A DNA stretch of 59,199 nt, counting the filler, from Dimorphilus gyrociliatus (taxonomy: Eukaryota; Animalia; Annelida), in the NCBI GenBank assembly GCA_904063045.1. It is 3 parts of 3 records of this genome, joined end to end, with 100 filler letters (N's around TTAATTAATTAA, not from the genome) between each part and the next. Parts side by side here need not be neighbours in the genome. Positions count along the whole stretch, not along the records: positions 21,309 to 51,505 come from CAJFCJ010000078.1; 2 more parts are not named here. One strand, written 5' to 3'. A program made the position numbers and the translations under genes. Under the pieces are notes generated by a model. The model saw only the letters and a program-made list of their open reading frames with translations. It searched no databases and was not told the DNA's origin. Positions 24,506 through 36,004 of the stretch are shown here, piece by piece. Position 1 is the first letter of the stretch. The number at the start of each line of letters is the position of its first letter.

Positions 24506-27500
24506 ATGGAGTTGGAGAGGACCAAATCGATAAAACAACCAAATACTGTTTTAGTAATTGGAGACGAAAAAACATGGCAAGATTTCTCTACAGAAACGTC
24601 ACTTCACGGTATAAAGAACGCATTTGCCAGGGGAATATCGCCGTTTAGACGAATTGGTTGGATGTTAATCGTTTCCGGTGCAATTTTTTTTTTCTGTTTT
24701 CAAGTGATAAGAAGAGGAATAGATTTCGGAAGTAGAGATGTAACAGTAAAAGTTGAAGTTATTTACCCAAAGCAACTTGAATTTCCATCAGTTACAGTTT
24801 GTAACCAAAATAAATTCAGGTGAGCAAAATGTAATTTCAATAGGCCTAGCTTGCCATTAATTCTTTGCCTATTGTATAGATGACATTACTTGTAATAAAT
24901 ATCTAATTTCTTTCTTTTTTCTTATTGAAAAAGGATGAAAAACGCTATTGAATTGGGTTTATATAAATATTTTACAAAGATTTATAGCTTTGACAATAAC
25001 GAAACAACTTCGTACGATGAATATTTACCAGAAAATTACGATATGGATTTCGTTTACAATTATACTGGACACAAACAATCCAACTTTATCTTTAGGTGCT
25101 TTTGGGCTGGTAAACTATGCAAATCTGAATATATTACAAAAACTATTACCGAATATGGTATATGCTTCACATTCAATTCTCCATCTTCCCTTGATCCACC
25201 AAACGCTTTAACCGTTACCGATCCTGGAGTTAACAATGGTCTGTCTTTCCTATTCAACACTGAACAGTACGATCATATGCCTGGACCAGATAACGATGCC
25301 GGAGTTAAAATGTTTCTTCACAATGACTATAAGAAACCTTTAATGGCCGATTTAGGTTTTGCGGTTGCGGCTGGAATGCATACACTCATTGGAATCAAAC
25401 GGACGGAATCCCACAGTCTTGGTGATCCATACGGAGATTGCGTCAACTCAAAATACAAATCGCACGCCGAATGTATGGATCATTGTCGGCTAAGAGCGGT
25501 AGCATTCGTATGCGAATGTATGCCATTCGAAGCTACTGCAATTCTAGAGCCGAACAAGGATTATCTCCAAAGAATCTGCACTCTATCCGAGAATTTTAAT
25601 TGCGTAAGACAATTGTTAGAACACGTAAAATACGAAAAGAAGAGCATTCGTTGCTCTTGTTTAGTTCCGTGTAATCAAATTATTTATGAGCCGAACCTAT
25701 CATTTTCCGCAATATCAGAATTTGCAGCTGATAAGGTTTTACATACAAACAAAGGGAAAGTGGACAAGTTAGAAACAGACTATTTGGAAATATTAGAAAT
25801 GGGTGAAAGATATATTAATGTTAGGAAAAATAGGAATATGATTACTGCATTTACAACAAAAATGGATCCAATTTTCAAAACACTGCAAAGAACATTCCAA
25901 ATATTTTCATCAGATGGAAAAAATAATTCTGATGGCATAAAATTTGGAAATGCACTTTTAAATGATATTCAAAATATGGAAAAAAATTTTCAACTTGTAG
26001 AAACTACACTTTTTTCACCAAAGGTTCAACAATTATCAATTTCTTTCAACTATTTAGCAAATGTTGTTAACCATTTCTGGAATCAACTTTATGGAACAAT
26101 TGGGGTAAGTGAATACTCAGTTTGGCAACAATTGAAAGTTTGTCAAGAAAATATACAAAATATGGGTAGTTTACCTACAGTTTGTGATAACTTTATGAAT
26201 GAATTTCAATTTGGTAACTATAGAGCATTTTATGAAGATTTTCAAGAGTTTTGGATTAAAGTTATAAAAGATGCCAAAAATTCTTGGGCTAAAACATCAG
26301 TTTTCACAGATTTGATAAGGTATGAAAAAGAGCATATTAACGAAGCTGAGAGAATATTTAATACTCGAATAAACGATACAAGATTACCATTTGAAAGTAT
26401 TTGTAAACCATTCTATAAGAATTTAATGAATGCTACAAAATCAATGCAATTCAATAATCTAAATAAGAATGATAGTTTTGTTTATTTTGGTGAGAAAATT
26501 GAAGTTTTTATCAATTCATTATGGAAATTTAAAAGAAATATTAATAATCCAACATTTCATTCTGTTTGTCTATCAAGTAAAAATGATGCACTTGGAGATA
26601 TCACTTCAACACTTGAGGATATTAATTCATTAATTACAAATTTCACATCAAATTTCTACGAATTTGAAATATCTTTACAAAAACATAACGAAATTTATCA
26701 ACAAAATTTAAATAATATTGAAATATTTAATTCATATTTTCAAAGAAATTCAACAACAAAGAAATGTAATTTATCAAATTCTCTCTGGTTGGAAAATGTT
26801 CTGAGTAGTTTGAAAGATTTAATTTTTCTCTTTGATAAAATAGGATTGCAGAATAGGACATTTGAAGATTATGTTAATAAAATCTATAAGAAATTAATAC
26901 AAATTGAAGAAAATACTACTCATAATTTTCTTTGGCCTTTTCCGAAAAAGGATAAAAATGATCAAAATGTTGAATTTATTGAATTGAATGATTTCTATTC
27001 ATTCCTTATTAATAAAAAACACGAATACGGTCTTCATATCAACTGTTCAAAAGAAAATTTACAACAAATACTTATTGGTAGTTGGAGTACTTGCTTTTAT
27101 ACTTTTGCAAACAAAATGGCCGAATTTGGTCTTCACTTTCAAGATATAAATCTTATGAGATTAACTGATGCAATAAGCAAATATAATGATCTAAAACTTT
27201 TTATGTCCAATTTTAAAAGTTCTTGCAAAGTAAATAAGGAATTTTTCAGGTTATTTCACCATTTTTTCCATGTTTTTTATACTTTAAATTCACATCAAAA
27301 AAATGCATTAACAGACATAAAAACCTTTTTCATACCAACAGAAAGAACTTTGCAAAAGTTGATGTTTTTTACCAAGAGATGTCTTATCAAAAGATTACTC
27401 AACATGAAAAATTTGGATTTCTCTCTTTCCTTTCTGAAATTGGCGGATTTTTAGGATTGGTGTTAGGAGCTTCTGTTCTAACTGTCATTGAATTTATAGA

Positions 27501-27723
27501 CTTTTTTATTTACAAGGTAAAAACCTTTATAAATATATTGAAAAACACATAAATAAGTCTTAAATCCTCGGGTAAGATTTTGTATTAGACTGGTATTAAC
27601 AGCCTGGCTCCCGGATGGGATAGAATGACATATTTCATTTCTAATAATCACTTCTCCTTTTAGATTACAAGAAAAATCTCTAAAAGATTTCAAGAAAATG
27701 ATGATAGAGAAAATCATCTATAG
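24506..27723 (+). CDS. DEG/ENaC (ASIC/FaNaC-like) amiloride-sensitive cation channel subunit, 954 aa, with large extracellular insertion
   Basis: join(24506..24819,24934..27249,27342..27516,27664..27723) = 2865 nt, all GT-AG. Motifs: pre-TM1 TSLHG, TM1, FPSVTVCN, GICFTFN, Cys-rich thumb, NFAKVDVFYQE, LSEIGGFLGLVLGASVLT (GAS filter). Confidence 0.92.
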
Positions 27724-29399
27724 GCAGAAAATATCAAACTATTGCTCTCTCGTTGACAGAAGGCATTTTCAAATGAGATTTTTGAAGGCAACGTTTTGGG
27801 TTGGAAAATCTTGAATATATACACTTGTACTTAAGATGCGTTTAATATGTATTCAAAATTGAATGTGAGGAACTTATAGGATACCAAATCATAGTTACTG
27901 ACAAAAGACAAGAAACAGGGTTTATCTCAATTTGTTACAGTCATGCTGGAATTTAAACTAGCTGTTCAAAAATATCGCTGGCTTTTCATCATACTGTATA
28001 CTTTATTTTTAATAAACCAATAACGTATGAATGTTTGTAAATACAAAACAGCATACTCCGAAACTACTAATTACAGTAGAGCATATATTTTATGCATTTG
28101 TATAGAATAATCTGAGTATATTTGATTTTTTAACACTTAATCAACAGTTAGACAGTTTTCATACATTTACAGCATAAAGGTAAATTGAATGCCAAATTTT
28201 TGAATGGTATTATCCATTCACTCTACATTGCGTTAATTTTTCTTGCTTTATGAAGTTTCCAGTGAATGAAAAACTGTATACTCATATACTTCTGTATCAA
28301 AAATGAATTATAAACAACAAATACACCTGACAAGCACTAACAGGAAGATTAATGGGATCGTTATGGTTCTGGTTATATTAGGCCTATTTGACAATATAGG
28401 AAGAAAACTGTTACATTTTCCCTTCTGAATAAGCTGGGCAAAGAAGGGAATACTAAGCCTACACTTCGTTATTATAATTCTCTTTTATTATGTATATATC
28501 CAAAATTCTACAGTAACATTCAGGTTCAACAGAAAATGTCAATGACTGAGAAAATTCAAGACTAGATTTTGGATGGCAAAATGGTTAAAAAGAAGAATAC
28601 ATTAATTGATTTGTACTTAGGAGGGTATCTTCTAAGGATTAGGGATAATGGAAAAGGATAGGGACAACCAAGTGCTGGGTTAGGGTTAGGTTAAAAGCTG
28701 TAATTTGCGGATGTTTTCTGTCTCATCCATTGACATTATCTGTACTTTTATTCTTCTAATCTCACCAATACATGTAAATTTAAAATAAAATCTAGTTTTC
28801 TCCCACACTTTATACTTATTTAAAAAATTGAATGAATATTAAAACTATAAAGCGTTATCTTGTTCATTTCCTGCTTCCTGCATGAACGATAAACCAAATG
28901 AGTTCCGGATAAAAGTTTCCTTCATTATGTTTTCTGTCATTCAAGTTGCTTATATGGCACGAGATCAAATGTATTAAGATGGAAGTAAACGTTGAAAGAG
29001 GTTAGAGTTAGGGTGAAAAATAGACAACCTGATGATAAGACTTTTAACATTCTGTAACTTAACATAAACATCAATTTGACAGCTGACGAACTTTAAAACA
29101 AAAGGAGAAAATGGAAATACACTTGAGGTAATATATCAACCTCAGAGACTCATTCTTCTGGAGAAGAAACACCTGGAGAAGCCATTGAAAAATTTTCTAA
29201 AACCCCGTTTCTAAGCAACCAAAGTAAACAAAAGTCTTTCTAATTTAAAAAACAGGAAAAAATTTCTTTGATACAAAAAGTTTAAAAAATCAGTATTTTT
29301 TTAATGAAATATCCAAAATTCCATTAAAAGGGAAATAAACACAAACTATATTCTAAAATAGGTAATGAGAGTGCAAAAAAAAAACATGACACAGAATTT

Positions 29400-30105
29400 C
29401 AAAATGGCGTCGGAATATTAACCTTTCTAAAAAATCCTCAAAATACTTTACAGAATCTCGATTAGAGCGACTGTTATATTTAAGTGGAGAAGATAGTAAA
29501 GACATTAGACATCTATTAAGAAACTGGTGTAACAATTTTTAAATATGGGAAAAGGGCTGTTGAATATTTGTGAAGGTCTTCAAAAATCTTCTAATACCTT
29601 GAAAAATCTTGATTTAATTGACTGTTATTTGAATGAGGAACGATGTAGAATAATTAGAAATCTATTAGAAAATTGCTGTAAAATTGAAACAATAAATCTC
29701 CGCTATAATTGGGTCATGAGAAGTGGATTTTTAAATATTTGTAAAGGTCTTGAAAACTCTTCAAATAATCTAAAGAATGTTGATTTAAGTTGTTGTAATT
29801 TGAATGAAAAACAAGCAAAGAGGCTTGGAAAGCTGCTGAAACATTGTTCCAAAATAGAAGGAATATATCTAAGTCAAAATGAAGAGATGGGAAAAGGATT
29901 AGTGAAGATTTGTAAAAGACTGAAAAAATCTTCAAATACTCTAAAACATCTTGATTTAAGTGACTGCTATTTAAATAAAAAACAAAGTAAAGAAGCTGAA
30001 AATCTACTAGAAAATTGCTCCAACATAAAAACAATAAAACTGCAAAATAACATGTCGATGGATAATGAATTATTGAATTTTTCTGAAAGACTCCAACTAT
30101 CCTGA
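29400..30105 (+). pseudogene. RI-like LRR array fragment (NLR-type, 28/28-aa ICEGL repeats)
   Basis: Six or more repeats such as LKNLDLIDCYLNEE..IETINLRYN..GFLNICKGL. The 5' part is frameshifted and no NACHT was seen nearby. Confidence 0.7.
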
Positions 30106-30821
30106 GAGATTTTCAAGAATCTTAAAGTCAAAATTCAGATTGTAAACTGTCTTTATTGCATCTTTAAATGCATACCTTCTATGATAAAAATGTCTAATTG
30201 ATGAAAATATTTATGGACAGTGTACATTGTAATATCTTGGAAATGTATTTCATTGTAAAACAGAATACTATTAGTAGTCAAAACTATAGAAATTGTGACT
30301 GTTCAGATGTTGCATTCTGGACCATTGTATCCTAAGAATGAATGCTACTTCTTTCCCTATTTTGTTTTAACCATATTCAATACATTCAGAATCTAGTCAA
30401 GATGAAATATTTTTTTCAATAAAAAAAGGGGGAATGCTGCAAATACAAATTTCAACATTCAAACAGTGCAAAGTACAATTTAACACAGGCCAAAAATCTC
30501 CTTTGAAAACTGTTTTATGAGAAAAATAAATTAGTAGCGCCATCTGTCGACAACTTCCAAATGAAAGTAACACACCTAAAACAATAATGAGACAAAAAAA
30601 TCAAGATAATTTATTTAAATTATAGATAAAATGATAAAAAACAAAGAGGATAACTGTTGAAATCATTGTAATCATTAATGAATGAACGGATGTAACAATT
30701 TTTATCTCTTATTATTTGTAATATTGCAAATATAAAATTATGCATCTAGAGTAATATGTATATATATTGCAGAGGATGTTAATCCCTAAAACAAAGATAA
30801 CAAGAGGAGGATAATTTAGAA

Positions 30822-31696
30822 ATGATTACACTGTTTTTATCTTCTTTCCTTCCCATTATCATCTCCTGTGTTTATGGTGAAACGTTGGTTTTTCTCTTTA
30901 GCAATATTTTTCTTTATACATAATATCTAAAAAAAATACTAAATAGGAATGATCTGTATAATCATCTTTTAGATGATTATAACAAAGTTATAAAGCCTTC
31001 TGGATTTGTTAACGTTTCATTTGGGATCAGTTTGGTTGGTGTTGACAAGACTGACGGTGATATGATTACATTTAGCGTTTGGGAAAAACTGGTAATTTTT
31101 TTAAAATTCATCTCTTTTTCTAAACATTGAACTTTTTTTTTATTCTAGATGTGGACAGATCATAGATTATCGTGGTCGGATGAAGATTATAATTCAGAGA
31201 CTTTTCATTTGCCTATTGATAAGATTTGGATTCCTGATGTTATATTATACAATCAGTAACTAACAAATACACCTTAGAATTGTTTGCTAAACAATTTTCT
31301 ATTTATTAGGGGTCGTAAAGAAGTTGACCTTGCAAATGTCTTATCAGTAATCCACAAAGATGGAACTGTATTATACATTTCTCCAAAGTTATTGACAGTA
31401 ATTTGGATATTTGAATATTTTGTTTTTTTGTTAATTTCATTTGTATTATCACATAGGTTAGATGTTTATTTGAGAAATCAGCTAATATATATCACTGCCG
31501 TTTTAAGTATGGATCCTGGACCTACAATGCATATGAAATGCACTTAAACTTTATGGGAAATTTGCAAGATATGGATATGAGTTATTACTATGGCAAATAT
31601 AAGATTTTTGAAACATTGGGCCGTCTTGATGAAAAATTCTATCCTTGCTGCGAAGAACCTTTTCAAGATATTACTTTTAGTTTTAAAATGAAGTAA
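30822..31696 (+). CDS. Soluble acetylcholine-binding protein (AChBP)-like Cys-loop ligand-binding-domain protein, 213 aa
   Basis: join(30822..30883,30947..31091,31149..31255,31310..31397,31457..31696) = 642 nt, all GT-AG and in phase. Signal peptide, VWEK (loop D), WIPDVILYN (loop A), C-x10-C loop, GSWTY (loop B), YPCCEEPF (loop C), then TAA with no TM helices. Confidence 0.88.
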
Positions 31697-31860
31697 AATT
31701 AATTTATTAAAATTTTCAAATAATAAAATAGTCCTGCAAATGATTTAGATTCGTGCAATGCAAAAGATTGATAAATAGTTCAAGTATTTTAGTTTGATTT
31801 TTTAATTAGAACTATAGACAGACACACACATGCACACACAGCAAAATAGTCTATAGTTCA

Positions 31861-32916
31861 TCAAGGAAATTTCACTTCGCATATCTTACTGATAGATTTA
31901 TCAGAGAAGGCTCTAATATATAAACCCTCACAAAATCTATTATCACAACTACAACTGTATTTACATTGTTGATTATTGAAGAATATTAATTTGCAAATTT
32001 GAAATATTCCTTCAAAATTAACTTTATACTGAGGAAATGATGGAATGTACACCATTACATTAGATAATTGCCCACTTGAACAGGATAGATTCTCTCCTAT
32101 TACCTCCAATAGGATAGGTGCCAATGGCTTATTAACTCCTGGGAATGGATATCTAATCGCAAGCGGATTGAATTGTAGATCTACACAAGTTGAATTATTC
32201 AAATCATTGACTATATCAATTACGGATGGATCATATATTGTTTCTTTGGGAATTATTGATTTAGAATGTGAACAAACAACTTTATTTATATTCTCTTTGT
32301 CATTCTGACAAGTATTATAGGAAAAACATTCTCCAGCTCCAATTGAGAAATGTTTACATAGAGGATCAGATTCGCAGGCTGATTTACAACTTTGATAATT
32401 AAAATTTCCCAAAGAAGTTGGAGGTGGCGTTACAATACAACTTCCAACTTCGCAAGTAGAATCTGAGTAAGCGTATCTATCATATGTAAGAAAATTATTT
32501 AAACTTTGAGCAATTTTATAAGAAGTCGACTTTAGAAAACAACCCAATGTTGGATTAACAACTTCAGATACGACAAAACCAATACAACTAGGCGTTTCCA
32601 GACAATATTTAGCACAAATTTTTGGATCTGCAGCTTCCGGATCGTTAATCATAGGTGATAGATCAAAACCATGATAGTTACCCAATTTTTTAATAAAGCC
32701 AGGAACTTCATATTTAGTTGCATAGCAACCATATCCATTTTCGTAGCAGACGTATCTTTCATATACGTTAGTTATACATTGATTTTGCTGGATATCTTTC
32801 GTTCCCATGCGAATTCTTTTACTTTCTTCAACATCGCACACTGTTGAAAGTACAATATTGCAAAAAACTGTTGGTTGTAAAAGAAAAAGTATTATTATGC
32901 AACAACTAATGTTCAT
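31861..32916 (-). CDS. Intronless secreted protein with two PAN/apple-like domains and a C-terminal Cys-rich domain
   Basis: Signal peptide MNISCCIIILFLLQPTVFC; CAKYCLETPSCIGF..CFLK and CKSACESDPLCKHF..CF fit the PAN/apple C-x3-C-x5-C pattern; uninterrupted ORF. Confidence 0.72.
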   Translation of the reverse strand: MNISCCIIILFLLQPTVFCNIVLSTVCDVEESKRIRMGTKDIQQNQCITNVYERYVCYENGYGCYATKYEVPGFIKKLGNYHGFDLSPMINDPEAADPKICAKYCLETPSCIGFVVSEVVNPTLGCFLKSTSYKIAQSLNNFLTYDRYAYSDSTCEVGSCIVTPPPTSLGNFNYQSCKSACESDPLCKHFSIGAGECFSYNTCQNDKENINKVVCSHSKSIIPKETIYDPSVIDIVNDLNNSTCVDLQFNPLAIRYPFPGVNKPLAPILLEVIGENLSCSSGQLSNVMVYIPSFPQYKVNFEGIFQICKLIFFNNQQCKYSCSCDNRFCEGLYIRAFSDKSISKICEVKFP

Positions 32917-33639
32917 AATTACTTCTTTTGACAAACTAACTGTGTTCAAATCATATATATACTGTACATAACACTAATAAAATATTTGTGTTTGTTGAAT
33001 AGTTTTTTCTTAGCTCTATTGTTGTAAACTTATACAATATTCCAAAGACTATATGTCTGCTATCAAATGCAAATTAGACAAGTACTAAATATTTGAAACA
33101 CAGACGATCATTTGTTTGCCAAGTTATTAATAATTCAAATTCTATCATAGAAAGTCAATTCATGATTTAATAATTTAGATATTGACCAGACCTCCAACTT
33201 TATTGTTCTAACCTCCCTGATGCATTTAAATTTAAAATTTTATCTAGATTTCTCCCATATTTATACAATATCTCTATAGAAATTATTGTAAAGAGTTGTC
33301 TGTTCATGGCAGTAAAATTGTATGATAATCAAAACTATTAAATGTCATTGTACTTTCCTGCTGGGGTTATAGGTAAGTACTGGTCCAAATAGAACCGAAT
33401 CAGGAGTAAGCCACTTAGAAGAGAGATGTAGGATTGAGGGAGGATCAATATAGAACCAAAACGTAAGAATAATATAACTGTATTCTAAAGAAATACTAGA
33501 TCTGTTCACTAAGGAAGTTGATTCAGGACTGAATGCCTCTTACTACCTACATAAAAAAGGATTATGTAAGAAGAGAATATGCTCAACAAACATTTTAGTC
33601 ACATTTAATCATTAGCTAAATATATCATGTATTGTTTTT

Positions 33640-34550
33640 ATTTATGTAAGAATACAAATTTAGTGATGGATTGACAGAAAATATCCATTAATCGTTAGAA
33701 AACATTCTATATTCATTTTTACTTTGTCGTATTGTCATTACAGAAATGTCATTCTTGCTCATGCCACTGAATTAGTAACATGCAAATACAAATAGAACCT
33801 CACATTTCTTCCACAGGTATTAGCAAATAAATGAAGAGGAGTTCTAGTGTCAAATCATCATATTGCAGTTGGTGAAATGTCTAGTTCAGGTTTATCTATA
33901 GTAATAAGATGTTACAAAGTCAAATATTAAGATAATCCTCCATGAATAGAGTTGGAATTATTTTTAAATATTGGTCTATAAAAGCTAATAGTTTTTGTTT
34001 TTAACTTTGCATAGTGAACAATATTGTAATTAGATTCGAATCCATAATCCATCTTTTATTCATGCATTAAGCTTTGAATATAAAGATATCAAAGATTTAT
34101 TGAATAAGTTTATTGATAATGTTGAATTCTTAATGTTGTATAAAAAAAGAACTGAAAAACCAATATTTGGGTAACTATATCGTATATAATTGAGCTAATG
34201 ACCATTTGGCAAATTGTTTTCATCTTGCAATTGAAAGGTAATTATTCAAAGCAACAATTGAAATGAAGAGAAAATCATGGCATTTTTCAAAAACAATAAC
34301 TGTTTTACAATCCATGTTTATTGAGCAACGCCAAAAGAAACAAGGTTTTTTTTAAAAACATTCATTTTCTTTTTTCAATTTTGCTTCTTAAATTAATTGC
34401 ATTTTTTATTGTATTTTTAGAAATTTCTCATTTGACTTCCATTAAAGTTTTTACTTCTCTGCTAAGACAAACATCTTCAGGTGATGCATATGTAACTTTT
34501 ATACAAATATCAACAAACCCTGTTAAGAAGTTTTTTGGGTTATTCTAAAT
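33640..34550 (+). pseudogene. Degenerate paralog of the discoidin/F-type lectin-like gene at 42.6-44.9 kb
   Basis: 34336-34420 closely resembles 43636-43722 (agaaacaag|gttttttt..cattcattttct..gtatttt, a putative intron). Coding frames are broken and boundaries approximate. Confidence 0.3.
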
Positions 34551-35119
34551 ATGAACTAGACAGTTTGGCAACAGTAAAGTGATGATTGTATATCACAGAT
34601 AAACCTCAAAGTATTTTAAAACACTCACTATTCTATCCTTGTGGAGTGGCAGTTCGATCTAACCATTTAAGATGATCACCTGAAAACAATCTTCACTGGA
34701 ACAAGTCTTCGACTCCTTAATGTTGGATGCTAGTTTGATAATTGTGAAATGGCAGCCATTTTAAAAATAAAAATGGTTGAAACAATCTTTAACTTTGAAG
34801 TTTAAGAAAAATTATTGTTAAAGAAAAGGACTTACAAACATCAAAAGAAAAAAAATCTATTTTGACATCCATTGATTTATTAATGCAGATATCCCATATC
34901 TAATCTACAGCATGAACATCATTTATCAATCTTTCCTATTCTCAAGTATCATATTTAGTGTTTGTTTTTCTTTTTAAATCCATATTAAACTTCATTTCTA
35001 CACTATTTCATCAGAAGATTGAAGGTGGATGTATATCTATAACCAAACCATTCATTTAAAAATTCAAAAATAAAATAAAAGAAAAGGGACTTGATTTTTT
35101 TTTGAAATTTGGATGGCAA

Positions 35120-35430
35120 TAAAAGAATGGGGGATGGTTTTTATCAAATCTATGAAGGACTTTAATCTGCATTTGTCTGACTGTGATTTGAATGAAGAAC
35201 TGAGTAAAATGTTGGGAAATTTGCTTTAGAATTGTTCTAAAATAGAAACATTAACTCTATTTACTAATAATAGAATTGAAAGTGGATTTTTTGACATCTG
35301 CGAAGGACTGAAACAGTTATCAAAGACTTTAAAAAGAAATGATATTGTTTGAATATGATTTGAATGAAGAACAATGTAAAACGTTGAGAGATACTCTTAA
35401 AATCTGTGCTAAAATAGAAACAACTTATCT
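35120..35430 (+). pseudogene. RI-like LRR array fragment (ICEGL family)
   Basis: LHLSDCDLNEELSKMLGNL..CSKIET..SGFFDICEGLKQ, with stops and frameshifts. Confidence 0.65.
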
Positions 35431-36004
35431 ATACACTTTATAATTAACAGTAGTATATAAAAATTCTTAGAGTACTGAAAGATTGTATTCTTAACTGTAT
35501 TGTGGAATCATTAAAAACCAGCCAGAGATTTCTTAAAATTTCTAAACATGAATTCTTTTTTGAAGAGTTTTTCTTACAAAAATTCCAAATTTTAAAATAT
35601 CTTCATGAGAAGTTGACTCTGTCAATAGGGTTAATTCTTTACAATGAATGTAATACATATAGCTTTCATCAGATTTGCCCTAAAAATACACAGAATTTAA
35701 ATTTCGAATTGCAAAAATAATTTGTTTAATTAACTTTTAAATATAAATTATTTTCTAAATTTTCAATATTCATTGATAAAGAATTGTTGTGAATTATTTC
35801 AATAGAATGAATTACATACAAAAAACATTTCAAATATTCACAATTTCTATAAAGTTTTTTGCTATAATGAAATTTCTCTAAATCTGATGGAGAGTTCAAA
35901 AGACTGGTTACCACTTCCATTTTCTTATTAAAAAAGTTTATGTCTATTAAAAGTAAAATAGATTTTAGAATATGAAAATAACAAGTCAAAATTTAAACAA
36001 ATTA

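Noticed and set aside
28330-28430. LFDNIGRKLL resembling MFS transporter motif A
   Set aside because: A single short motif amid stops, with no supporting TM series.
29714-30034. Antisense ORFs overlapping real genes (also 6804-7076, 18242-18538, 25060-25260, 32045-32308, 56788-57066)
   Set aside because: Shadow frames of coding sequence in AT-rich DNA with no recognisable motifs.
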